Below, one piece after another: positions 48,971-58,241 of a DNA stretch of 64,000 nt. Numbering within the stretch: position 1 is the first letter of the stretch; every line of letters starts with the position of its first letter. The position numbers and the translations under genes are program-made. This DNA is from a virus, in IMG/VR virus record IMGVR_UViG_3300009964_000001, positions 86,602 through 150,601 of that record. One strand, written 5' to 3'. The notes beneath the pieces are model-generated. The model saw only the letters and a program-made list of their open reading frames with translations. It ran no database searches and was not told the origin of the DNA.

Positions 48971-50368
48971 ATGGCTGTTGGATTTGGTCAGAACTTTGAG
49001 AACATAGCTTACGTTTACATAAACTCACAACCACACCTTTGGAAATCTGTTGATCATGAGTTCTTCAAATCTCCAACTCTAAAAGCTCTATCAAAGCTCA
49101 CCAAACAATTCTATGAAAGATTCCACGAGCAGATATTCTCTCCCGAAAATCCAAGTGTAGAACAGATCGAATATCTCGTAATGGAAGACAAAAAGTCGTT
49201 CATGATCGACTTGAATATGTCGGAGGACGACAATGCGAAGACTTTCATTGCGAACGCATCATATATCATCAAGACAAACATAAAAGCGTTTTCTGAGGAA
49301 TGGCTTGATGAGACCGTTGGTGCATGGATAATGTGGCAAAACAATCAGCGAGCATATAAAGAATCGATCTCTTATATGCAGACACAGAATATCACACCCG
49401 AGAATGTAAAGGAAGTGATCTCGAAAGCACGAGAGATTGTAGTTCGAGGTTCATCTTTATCGTTTGGTGATGAGGAGGTCTTCGACTTCTATGATCCTCA
49501 ATCTCACAAGCAGATTTCAATCGATGATTATATCGACACTGGTTATCAGATGCTCAACCAGATGCTCACTGAAGACAGACATAACGGATTCATACCTGGT
49601 ACTCTCAACATGTTCATGGGTTCTACAAACTCTGGGAAATCGGTGATCCTTGGAAATCTTGCACTCAACATTTCGAGATCGGGAAAAAATGTGCTGTTTG
49701 TGTCTGTCGAAATGTCAATCCCAAGAACTTTCCGACGAATCGGCTCTAACGCTTTCGACATTCCAATATCGGAATACGACACATTCTCGAACGATGACGC
49801 ACTTCTGTCGGAATCCATACAAAAGTTCAGAGCAAAGAACATGAACATTGGTGTACCACCAGGCAAGTTCCTCGCCTTGAAGTTCCCAAAGACTGGTGTC
49901 TCAAACATATACGGAACTGCAAAGCGACTGGAAGAGAAGCATGGGATCAAGTGGCACGCAATCGTGATTGACTATTTCACAGAATTACAGAACGATCACG
50001 GCACGGCACAAGATAAAACGTACCAATATCACAAGCAGAATGCTGATGATCTCTATCAAATGGCTTCAGAGACGAATTGGTGTGTGATAACTGCTCATCA
50101 GTTAAATCGAGGTGCTCTCAATGTCTCTGATATGACACTTTCATCAGTTGCTGAATCTTACGGTATTGTTTACAGATGTGATAGCGTTATCGGGATGATC
50201 GCCACCGAGAAGATGCAGGTCGAACACACGATGTACATGAAGAATCTAAAATGTCGTGATTCGAAATATAAGAACTTCTTCGCAAAGTTTGATACTGAGT
50301 TCTCAAAGATGAGAATCATAGAAACTGGGGAACTCATAAGCCCAGAAGATTATCAGATCTTCACATAG
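48971..50368 (+). CDS. DnaB-family replicative helicase (T4 gp41-like); track ORF 48815 start is inside the terminator, ATG at 48971 preferred
   Basis: Walker A MGSTNSGKS, Walker B AIVIDYFTE, H4 motif HQLNRG. Confidence 0.85.
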   Translation: MAVGFGQNFENIAYVYINSQPHLWKSVDHEFFKSPTLKALSKLTKQFYERFHEQIFSPENPSVEQIEYLVMEDKKSFMIDLNMSEDDNAKTFIANASYIIKTNIKAFSEEWLDETVGAWIMWQNNQRAYKESISYMQTQNITPENVKEVISKAREIVVRGSSLSFGDEEVFDFYDPQSHKQISIDDYIDTGYQMLNQMLTEDRHNGFIPGTLNMFMGSTNSGKSVILGNLALNISRSGKNVLFVSVEMSIPRTFRRIGSNAFDIPISEYDTFSNDDALLSESIQKFRAKNMNIGVPPGKFLALKFPKTGVSNIYGTAKRLEEKHGIKWHAIVIDYFTELQNDHGTAQDKTYQYHKQNADDLYQMASETNWCVITAHQLNRGALNVSDMTLSSVAESYGIVYRCDSVIGMIATEKMQVEHTMYMKNLKCRDSKYKNFFAKFDTEFSKMRIIETGELISPEDYQIFT

Positions 50369-50374
50369 GTCTTC

Positions 50375-50460
50375 CGATTACAGGAAGGTACTTTCCTTTC
50401 GATCTGATGGTCTTGGTGGTACTTATATAACATCGACAGCAAGAAAGCCCAAGGAAAAGG
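50375..50460. repeat. IR-bounded ~105-bp element, copy A (left arm GATTACAGGAAGGTACTTTCCTT; right arm degenerate)
   Basis: Shares arm and internal GGTGGTACTTA(T/C)ATAACATCGA with copy B. Confidence 0.55.
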
Positions 50461-50468
50461 CAAAGAAA

Positions 50469-50502
50469 AGCCCAACAACTTCTAATGGTTGTTGGGCTTT
50501 CT
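50469..50502 (+). terminator. Bidirectional terminator between helicase and convergent minus gene
   Basis: agcccaacaac...gttgttgggct + TTT. Confidence 0.6.
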
Positions 50503-50534
50503 GCTATTGATTATTGTCGGTTATTGGTTATTGG

Positions 50535-51881
50535 TTATTTTCCTCCACCTTCTTCTTCATCGTCACCTTTCCAAAAGTCACGTTTTACACACTTTAATCT
50601 TGTATAAAAACCTCTATCAGAACGATAGACATAAGAAAGGTCATCGGAGACGTATTGGCCAGATAGCATATTGTCGAATCTGATCCCTTCTTCTCTGTCT
50701 CCTGCTCTGTCTCTCTCTTCTCTCTCTCTTTGGATGAAAATCGGTATTTGTTGACATACTCGGACGTAGTTGTTTATATCCATCAAGTGGCATTCAAGAC
50801 CAAATCGTGAAGATGACTTTCTTTGCAAGAGGTTTGACATCTTTGAGAAGTAGTAGTTCTTGTGAACATTTTCGGAATATTGCTCGATGAAGTTCACTGA
50901 TTTATGAACTGTTCGATCAGTCAGTTTGTGACTATCACCTTCGGTTTCCAAGCTCTTTTGGAAGAACTCTTTATATTCTCGTGAATCGTGATCATAATAA
51001 TGACAGCTTATCTTGTTACCGTCTTCTGTCATATCTCCGATAGAGTTCACAACACGATAGTACGAGATTCCGTTCTCTGTCAAGAGCTTTATGTTAGCAT
51101 TAGACAAGAAGAATGGTGTCATCTCAGATTTTTCCTCATCACTTTCTGCAAAATCACGATCGCCATACTTGAGTGATTCTCTCACTTTCCGAAGATCAAT
51201 ATCAATATCAAAAAGCTCGTTGACCTCGACAACATTCAAGTAGTAGTATTGATCAACAAAAACTCTGAAGAAAGATTTGTCGTCTTTGTACATCGAAGGT
51301 ATAAGGTCAGTTTGCAAGAACTCTTGAACAGTGATGTTCGGACAGATTCTCGTCATCACATCATCAGTTTTCGTGTCGTTTGATGCAAATCCAAGACCGA
51401 ACAACTTTGCAATGTCCTGCAAAGTGTCGAAAGATGACTTCTTCCCGAACGATTTCACTATGTCATGGTGAAAATCTTCTATTTCAAGAATACCAAAGAT
51501 CGTGATTCTTGCGTTTTCTGATCCAGATGAAGATGACGAGTTTATGATTCTGAAGTTCTGTCTTATTGGTTTGAAGTCTTTGTTATCTGAACGAATGAAC
51601 AGCTTCAGTACATCATCTGTCAGAGTTCCATAAGATCTCATCACCCCGAAAGTGTCTTGGAGAGTACAAGAGATCGTAGGTAAAAAAGACTTCCCAATTG
51701 AAAGTTCGAAGCTCTCGATTGAACCGTGGTCAAATTGGAATCCGTTGATATCAATAAACGGAGCGTACCTGCCGACACGCTTCTTTGTTTCTATCGGAAT
51801 ATCCTTGATATCTGGGATTTTTATATCGCCATGCTTCTGGATATCAATCGTAGGATCAAAAATAACAACTACTTCTTTCAT
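50535..51881 (-). CDS. Hypothetical protein (minus strand)
   Basis: 448-aa ORF. Confidence 0.5.
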   Translation of the reverse strand: MKEVVVIFDPTIDIQKHGDIKIPDIKDIPIETKKRVGRYAPFIDINGFQFDHGSIESFELSIGKSFLPTISCTLQDTFGVMRSYGTLTDDVLKLFIRSDNKDFKPIRQNFRIINSSSSSGSENARITIFGILEIEDFHHDIVKSFGKKSSFDTLQDIAKLFGLGFASNDTKTDDVMTRICPNITVQEFLQTDLIPSMYKDDKSFFRVFVDQYYYLNVVEVNELFDIDIDLRKVRESLKYGDRDFAESDEEKSEMTPFFLSNANIKLLTENGISYYRVVNSIGDMTEDGNKISCHYYDHDSREYKEFFQKSLETEGDSHKLTDRTVHKSVNFIEQYSENVHKNYYFSKMSNLLQRKSSSRFGLECHLMDINNYVRVCQQIPIFIQREREERDRAGDREEGIRFDNMLSGQYVSDDLSYVYRSDRGFYTRLKCVKRDFWKGDDEEEGGGK

Positions 51882-52342
51882 CTCTTCTCACCCTTGAATT
51901 CGCTCTTGGGAATCTGCTCGATTATCGTCGACATTGCGATATCGGTCGATCCGTTATAACCTTTTCGATAGTATGAAAACTTTCGACGATGAACGTACAT
52001 GTTCGACATAGAATCGACCCTATAAAGTCTCCAGCCCGATTCGGCAGACCATTCACGTCTCCCACGTCTCCCAGACTTTGAAACAGAACGAATCTTTACC
52101 TTACCCTTGAGGTTGTCCTCTTTATCAGTTGAAGCTACCATCCACGCACGGAGATATTGACGAATCTTGCCGTCGACAACTGAATAACCATAACAGTATG
52201 GTTCTACAAATCTGGGACCTGGGAGCACACCGTCATCATCTCGAGAATAGTAGAATTGTACGTAGTATCTTTGCCGTATAGCAGATTGTAGAACACTTCC
52301 GTTTATGTCTCCGATCCCCTCAAAGATCTTCAATTTCTTCAT
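51878..52342 (-). CDS. Hypothetical basic protein (minus strand), minus-strand late-promoter motif upstream
   Basis: ORF; TGTAAATAACGAAATG on minus strand at about 52355-52372. Confidence 0.45.
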   Translation of the reverse strand: MKKLKIFEGIGDINGSVLQSAIRQRYYVQFYYSRDDDGVLPGPRFVEPYCYGYSVVDGKIRQYLRAWMVASTDKEDNLKGKVKIRSVSKSGRRGRREWSAESGWRLYRVDSMSNMYVHRRKFSYYRKGYNGSTDIAMSTIIEQIPKSEFKGEKR

Positions 52343-52427
52343 ACCTGTCGAATATACATTTCGTTATTTACAAATGTTTCCGAAATACGGTCAGAACGAA
52401 CACTTTTAAATAACGAAATCGCTTCTG

Positions 52428-54008
52428 ATGAATATCAAGAAACTATACGACGACATAACGGAAGGCAATCTCACAACAGGCATTGTCGATGATCTCTTAT
52501 GGAAAGATGCGGAGAGAATCAAGACTGGGAAAGATAAACCACAAGACGTGGATTCTCTGCTGGAGATGTACTCAAAGTGGTATCTTTCAAAGAAATCTTT
52601 GATCAGAATCGAAGATCCAACATTCCTCTCTTTCAAGATAATCATCGACTGGACATCACCACTCTTTAGGAACAACGACAAGCGTGTTCAAGTACGGAAG
52701 GAGAAAATGGGCGGTGGTGAAAGTCTGTCATATTACTTAGAATCTGTAAATCAGACTTGGAGAAAGGAAAAACTTCTGAGTTTCCAAGGAAAGATGCGAG
52801 AACTGATGACCACAAGATTCCACTACATGAAGTCAATGGATGGTCTTGGGAGCTTTTGGAAGATACAGCCAAAAGTCGCATTTCTCCCTCAAGAAATAAC
52901 GATCAGCACGATAGAATCGATGGACATGTTCGTATCTTCGATGGCGGACGACTATCTTCATGCAACATACGACTATCAGAACATGAAGAATGTTGCACCG
53001 ATCAACCTTCGACGGTTTGATATGATCATCGTTATCCATGAAGTCAGAAACATAAAGTCGATGCTTTCGAACTATTTCAACAATGATGAGAAGTACAAGA
53101 AGATAATGGAAGAACATGGTGGTGAATCCGACAGATTCATAAAAGACAAGGATGGAATGGTCTTCCTCAATCCTTATCTTGGAACTCATGCCTACAAGTT
53201 TACAGATTGCGAGTTCGACTTCTCAGAAACTTTCTCTTATCTTTCCAGTGTCTCCAATGAAGGAGGTAAAGAAGTGTCCACAAAGTTCAAGATATCGCTC
53301 GGTCGTATGGACTTTAGGTATCACGATCTTGATGTGTTCTCGGAATCGGCAAGAAAGAAGAGATTCCTTGAGGAAGTAGAACCTCACATTTATCAGAGAT
53401 CAGAGAAACAATCTGAAATCTCGAGAGAGGTCAGAAGATTTACCGTAGGTGGAGAGAAATCTTCATCTTCGGGGATTGGTGATATCCTCAAGAAGGTAGC
53501 AATTGAAGAAGCTCGTAAAACATCCTCGGCTGTTACAAGAGCAATTGATAACCAAATCAAGGGGACTGCTTCACATGCAACGAAAGCTCTGAAAAAGAAG
53601 CTCGATGAACTTGAAACCGAGTTCAGACCTTCGAATGTTGCAGGAAGATTTGCAAACAAGCAAGCAAAGAAAGCAGGTGATGTTGCCAAACGTGCAATCG
53701 ATAAAGTAGAATCTGGTGCAGATACTGCTATTTCAAAGTTGAAAGCTTTCATGGGTGACACAGGCAGTGCAGGGAATGATTCCGAACAAGGTGGGCAGGT
53801 CATCAAGAGCCATAACGATCAGTTCGGCACGTCAAAGGAAGAGACTGTAAAAGCACTGAAATCAATAAAGGAGAATTCCGAATTCGAATTCCCAAGACAC
53901 CAAGAAGATGACACTCGTGAACAGCTCCGAGAAATAATAACCGAGAATAAATCGAAGTTTGAGTATGTTCGATCTGTTCTTGAAGAATCGATGAGACAAA
54001 ATGGATAA
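52428..54008 (+). CDS. Hypothetical protein (late/structural context)
   Basis: 526-aa ORF; TTTTAAATAACGAAATC at 52403. Confidence 0.5.
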   Translation: MNIKKLYDDITEGNLTTGIVDDLLWKDAERIKTGKDKPQDVDSLLEMYSKWYLSKKSLIRIEDPTFLSFKIIIDWTSPLFRNNDKRVQVRKEKMGGGESLSYYLESVNQTWRKEKLLSFQGKMRELMTTRFHYMKSMDGLGSFWKIQPKVAFLPQEITISTIESMDMFVSSMADDYLHATYDYQNMKNVAPINLRRFDMIIVIHEVRNIKSMLSNYFNNDEKYKKIMEEHGGESDRFIKDKDGMVFLNPYLGTHAYKFTDCEFDFSETFSYLSSVSNEGGKEVSTKFKISLGRMDFRYHDLDVFSESARKKRFLEEVEPHIYQRSEKQSEISREVRRFTVGGEKSSSSGIGDILKKVAIEEARKTSSAVTRAIDNQIKGTASHATKALKKKLDELETEFRPSNVAGRFANKQAKKAGDVAKRAIDKVESGADTAISKLKAFMGDTGSAGNDSEQGGQVIKSHNDQFGTSKEETVKALKSIKENSEFEFPRHQEDDTREQLREIITENKSKFEYVRSVLEESMRQNG

Positions 54009-54234
54009 CTACAAGGCACTTCATAGAAGAAAGACAAAGCTGAAGAATCTCGGGTACGATTATAGAGGAAAGATCATGCAAAGGTCGCTTTCTTCTATAA
54101 TCTACCTTAATGAAAATGTTGAAGGATTCTTGAAGTATATCGAAGACATAATGACACATCTTGTCTATTCCGTGAAATCTATCAAGAAGAGAGTGAACTT
54201 CCTTGTCGACAAAGATGAAGACTACATCAATTAA
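54001..54234 (+). CDS. Hypothetical small protein
   Basis: ORF. Confidence 0.3.
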   Translation: MDNYKALHRRKTKLKNLGYDYRGKIMQRSLSSIIYLNENVEGFLKYIEDIMTHLVYSVKSIKKRVNFLVDKDEDYIN

Positions 54235-55612
54235 AGATATCCTCGGGGATGATCTTTTCAAGGAATATGAGCGTGTGATGAGGAGCACGGCAGAAGTCGA
54301 TATGTGCAAGATACACTTCGACGAGATTCCTGCATGTCCTCTGGAAGGATGTCACTTGACGATACCGACAGAGATAAAGCCGATGATTGATAAATCGTTA
54401 TTAGATGCTGTTGACAAACTTACAAAGCAAGAAGAACCACCCTTTTCGATTGATGAGTGTTTGTCTTCGATTAGTTCTACTATAAGTAACGTATCTGCAA
54501 GAGTAGACAAAGATAAGGGAACGATCCGAAGAATCCTTGAACTTTGTAAAGATCTACCTTTGATTTATGCTTGTTCTTTTATTCATGAGAGATCTTTAAA
54601 AGACAGAATGAAGATAACTGGACTTGAAGCGGGTATCCCTTCAAAGGTCTATGATGTGATCAAAAATGCTCATAATAAAACTGCATCTCCAATAGAGCGT
54701 GTTGAAGATCTCTCTCGAAAACTCAACTTTGAAAGTTTGGACAAACTTCTGGAATCTCTCGATTATGCTCTTCGTATATTCAACAACTGTCTGAATAACA
54801 AGAGGAAGTATGATTCGAAGAATGCGATAAAGATCTTCGGGAAGAAAGATGGTAAAAGACTAAAATCGAGAATCTTCCACCAATCTTACGTAGAGCACTT
54901 CATTATAGACTTTTGTAACAAGTTCGTAGTTTTTGATACAGAACTCAAAGAAAAGCAGATCGTCGACGACTTGAGAAGTGTGAAATGTGTGATGCAGTCA
55001 ATGATCGGTGACGATGATGTTAAAAATGAAAATCCGTCAACAAATCAAGATGCTGATATGTCTTTACGTGAAATCTCCAGAAATCCAAAGGCTTATGATA
55101 TCACAAAGCCTGCATATTGGAGGAAGTTCACGAGTTTCTTGAACATTGTCTCGGTGATCCCTACGTATTGGACAACTGGTATAATCATTCCACCTTCCAC
55201 ACCTATCAAGCTTCCGATAATTCATAAGTTTATGGTGGTCATTCCTGCAGTGATTATTGGGAAGATCTTCGTGATATGGTTGACTATTAATGGTGTCGTA
55301 GTTTTCCCCACGATGCTTGAAATAGACCTTAATCGAAAAGTCTCCTCGACGTGGAGGATTCTCTTCCGTGGAGGATCTGTGAAGATAAAGGACAACGGAG
55401 GATCGATTGTTATAAACACAAACCTGAAGACGGAAACGGAAAATGGAGGATCTGCAATAGTCGACACCGATCCTTCCTCATTCCAATCTCTTGCGATCCA
55501 ATCTGACGATTTTCCACCTTTTGAGAGAATGGGGATGAACAATTTACAATTCATAGCTTTCCTCAACGAGATGATGAGGAAGCAGACACCTTACATGGGC
55601 TTCCCTGCATAA
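54203..55612 (+). CDS. Hypothetical protein with hydrophobic C-terminal region
   Basis: 469-aa ORF. Confidence 0.45.
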   Translation: MSTKMKTTSIKDILGDDLFKEYERVMRSTAEVDMCKIHFDEIPACPLEGCHLTIPTEIKPMIDKSLLDAVDKLTKQEEPPFSIDECLSSISSTISNVSARVDKDKGTIRRILELCKDLPLIYACSFIHERSLKDRMKITGLEAGIPSKVYDVIKNAHNKTASPIERVEDLSRKLNFESLDKLLESLDYALRIFNNCLNNKRKYDSKNAIKIFGKKDGKRLKSRIFHQSYVEHFIIDFCNKFVVFDTELKEKQIVDDLRSVKCVMQSMIGDDDVKNENPSTNQDADMSLREISRNPKAYDITKPAYWRKFTSFLNIVSVIPTYWTTGIIIPPSTPIKLPIIHKFMVVIPAVIIGKIFVIWLTINGVVVFPTMLEIDLNRKVSSTWRILFRGGSVKIKDNGGSIVINTNLKTETENGGSAIVDTDPSSFQSLAIQSDDFPPFERMGMNNLQFIAFLNEMMRKQTPYMGFPA

Positions 55613-55625
55613 TTAAAAAGAACAG

Positions 55626-56102
55626 ATGCTTCAGAATCCAAATCCTAATAACACAAGAGGTTATAAACAAGGCTACTACATTCCAACCAACAAAGAGAAG
55701 TTTGTTGGACATTTGAACAAAGAAGGTGTTCCGTACAGATCATCTTTGGAACTCAAGTTCATGCGACTTATCGATGCGAATCCAAATGTTGAAAAATGGA
55801 CATATGAGCACCCCGATACAAAGATCTCATACTTCGATCCAATGATGCAAAAACAGAGGACTTACTATCCAGATTTCTGGATGCAGATGAGAGTGAAGGG
55901 AGAACTCAAAACGTTCCTCATAGAAGTAAAACCTTACTCTCAAACTCAGATTCCGAAGAGATCAGCAAAGAAATCGAAATCGACATATAGCAGAGAACTG
56001 CAGACGAATCTGAATGTTGAAGTAAAAAGAAGATTTGCAGAAAAGTTCTGTGCAGAGAGAGGTTGGAAATATCTGTTTGTGACAGAGAAGTTCTTCGCAT
56101 AA
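55626..56102 (+). CDS. PD-(D/E)xK nuclease-fold protein
   Basis: YYPDFWMQMRVKGELKTFLIEVKP gives PD...E-V-K arrangement. Confidence 0.4.
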   Translation: MLQNPNPNNTRGYKQGYYIPTNKEKFVGHLNKEGVPYRSSLELKFMRLIDANPNVEKWTYEHPDTKISYFDPMMQKQRTYYPDFWMQMRVKGELKTFLIEVKPYSQTQIPKRSAKKSKSTYSRELQTNLNVEVKRRFAEKFCAERGWKYLFVTEKFFA

Positions 56103-56110
56103 GAAAATAC

Positions 56111-56214
56111 TCTTCTGATTAAAGAGAGGTACTTTCCTTGAGCTTGGAGGTATTGAGTGGTACTTACATAACATCGATAATTCTCGAGGACAAGGGAAGT
56201 ACCTTCCTTTAATT
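56111..56214. repeat. IR-bounded ~105-bp element, copy B
   Basis: Arms AAAGAGAGGTACTTTCCTTG / CAAGGGAAGTACCTTCCTTT. Confidence 0.65.
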
Positions 56215-56326
56215 CGACAAATAAGAACACTTATAAAGATTTCAATCCCAATATACACGAAAGGCGACAACTCGATAATAGAGAGTTGTCGCCTTTCTCG
56301 TTTTTTTTTCAAAGACAATGATCAGA

Positions 56327-56629
56327 TCACCATTCTCCAAATGCTTCTGCCTTCTCGTTTATCTTTTTCGTCTTGTGTTGGATAACACGCTTTCTTCTCC
56401 ATTCACACAATGAGCAATTGCATCTTCCAACGCATATTTGCTTATGTTTAAAGACACGGATATAACGAGGATTCTTCCCACGAACTTCTGCTAAAAATCT
56501 ACCACGGTATTTGAACAATTTATAGCCATTTCCACGAGCAACTTTCTCAGTATCGCAATATCTATCTCGTTCAAATGTGATAGATAGTTGTCCGTCGGTA
56601 AGCGTCTTACGCTTTAAAGTCTTCTTCAT
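56327..56629 (-). CDS. Small Cys/His-rich basic protein (possible free-standing Zn-finger/HNH-like gene) flanked by near-identical hairpins
   Basis: CVGRCNCSLC and H residues; hairpins gaaaggcgacaac... at 56259-56300 and 56655-56700. Confidence 0.4.
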   Translation of the reverse strand: MKKTLKRKTLTDGQLSITFERDRYCDTEKVARGNGYKLFKYRGRFLAEVRGKNPRYIRVFKHKQICVGRCNCSLCEWRRKRVIQHKTKKINEKAEAFGEW

Positions 56630-56951
56630 CGTATACGGAAAATCTTCGATTTATCTAAACGAAAGGCGACAACCCGATTAAAGAGTTATCACCTTTTCGC
56701 TAACAACAAAAAAGTGGTGTCATATGTGATGTTGTCACTCATTGATTCGAACAAAGACTAACAGAGCCAAGGTCTGTTGTGCTACCATTACACCAAATGA
56801 CAAGGCGAGCACCTTTTTCTGCATAAGCGAGATTAAGGTAGTGCTCATGAGTAGTGCCCCCATGAAGAGATCGCACCACAACCTCCCGATCACCGCTTTT
56901 GTAGCAAGCCCATCGAGTGTCCCTCTGCTATCTACATTCAAGGGACTGGTG

Positions 56952-57026
56952 GGTGATGGATGGGACTTGAACCCACAACCAATAGAACCACAACCCATTG
57001 CTCTGACCAATTTGAGCTACCATCAC
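56952..57026 (-). tRNA. tRNA-His (anticodon GTG), no encoded G-1
   Basis: Cloverleaf folded by hand from reverse complement: acceptor GTGATGG/CCATCAC, D GCTC/GAGC, anticodon stem ATGGG/TCTAT (2 GU), loop TTGTGGT, T-arm GTGGG-TTCAAGT-CCCAT, discriminator C. Confidence 0.6.
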
Positions 57027-57124
57027 AGACGTAGTGAGAGGTTTCGCTCCTCTGAGTATCTTCATCAAGAAGCACTACGTTTAATAAAAATGTGGGGGGG
57101 AAAGGTGGCGAGTTGTCCATACTC

Positions 57125-57200
57125 TTCTCAGTCGGGTAGGATTCGAACCTACATCATTTAAGAACCACCTTATAGATTCCGATCATTCTACAGATTTTTT
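57125..57200 (-). pseudogene. tRNA-like fragment (intact T-arm GTAGG-TTCGAAT-CCTAC, no complete cloverleaf found)
   Basis: GGATTCGAACC on plus strand; acceptor/D/anticodon arms could not be closed. Confidence 0.25.
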
Positions 57201-57213
57201 AACACGTAGACTG

Positions 57214-57435
57214 TACGATAATGAAGATTCTTGCTGAATATCTACAAATCAGAAACTATGATTGATAACCGTTTAGATGTCTACAGACAGTGCCGACAGG
57301 AGCACCAAGCCATTAACCGTAAAATTTTCAATGCTATAAATCTGTAATCTAAACGGATGTTTCGTCGAAATCTTTACTACAGACGGTCTATGAGCCAATT
57401 ATGAAGATTCTGTTTGCTGTATGTCTATAAATCTC
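57214..57435. repeat. Two copies of ~40-nt direct repeat (ATGAAGATTCT[T/G]..GCTG.ATATCTA(C/T)AAATC) plus TCTACAGA motifs in tRNA-cluster spacer
   Basis: 57214-57250 and 57393-57435. Confidence 0.5.
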
Positions 57436-57552
57436 GACATTGAGAATTCTTTAAAAGAACGCTTTTGTTTTGATGACTTCCCAGTGGACTACGTAATTTT
57501 TAGGAGCAATTGCGATATCTTCTTGCTGTGAATCCAAAACATCATCATTTTG

Positions 57553-57637
57553 AGGAGAGAGTGGGATTCGAACCCACGGATCGTTTCCGACCTTCAGTTT
57601 TCAAGACTGATGCGATAGACCGCTCTGCCATCTCTCC
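57553..57637 (-). tRNA. tRNA-Ser (anticodon TGA), type II with long variable arm
   Basis: Acceptor GGAGAGA/TCTCTCC, anticodon stem TCAGT/ACTGA loop CTTGAAA, variable arm GGTCGGAAACGATCC, T-arm GTGGG-TTCGAAT-CCCAC. Confidence 0.8.
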
Positions 57638-57996
57638 AACGAGTTTTTTACTTATCCAGAGAGGTTGGTGGAGCATCACTATAAATCCTAAACGCTCTCT
57701 CAATCTACCCACAGCCGTATCATCATCATGGTTCAAACCACTAGGGATTTTAGCTTCTCCGATGAGGGCTTTGTCGCTCTGTACAAGAGACTTTTCTGAT
57801 AATCTTACACGCTACCAAGGTTGTTCTTTACCTATCGACCTATAGCCCCATTAATCAAAGACCAAGTCGAGCGATAGAGTTGTTGTTCAATATCACGATA
57901 CCTTCAAGAAAATCCCAACTCTATAAAAGACTTCTTAAAGATAGCTACTGTGTATCTTTTCAAGTAGCCTTCAAGTCGCTTTTCTTTTTATTTTTG

Positions 57997-58080
57997 TAGA
58001 GGTGGTAGGACTCGAACCTACGAAGCCTTTTAAGACGAGTGATCTACAGTCACTTGCAATTGCCACTATGCGACACCTCT
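57997..58080 (-). tRNA. tRNA-Tyr (anticodon GTA), type II
   Basis: Acceptor AGAGGTG/CACCTCT, D GCA-TAGTGGCAAT-TGC, anticodon AGTGA-CTGTAGA-TCACT, long variable arm, T-arm GTAGG-TTCGAGT-CCTAC. Confidence 0.8.
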
Positions 58081-58097
58081 GTTTCTTTTTATTTTTG

Positions 58098-58169
58098 CGA
58101 AGAGAAGAGGATTCGAACCTCTCTGATCTTTATGGCTAGATCATCAGACCTTTTTCTGAATCTCTTCAT
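58098..58169 (-). tRNA. tRNA-like gene with canonical acceptor/D/T arms but anomalous anticodon arm (anticodon not assignable)
   Basis: Acceptor GAAGAGA/TCTCTTC, D CAGA/TCTG, T-arm AGAGG-TTCGAAT-CCTCT; anticodon region TGATCTAGCCATAAAGATCAG pairs only as GATCT/AGATC with 8-nt loop. Confidence 0.4.
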
Positions 58170-58241
58170 TTATCTTATTATTTGATCTTCCTATCGGTTT
58201 CGTTTCCTTCTTTTTATCATCGTTGATCTCTATTGATCAGA

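Noticed and set aside
56735-57845. Track ORFs 56742..57161(+), 56735..57010(-), 56938..57120(-), 57510..57845(+), 57545..57736(-)
   Set aside because: They overlap hand-folded tRNA genes and spacer repeats and have low-complexity translations. Considered spurious.
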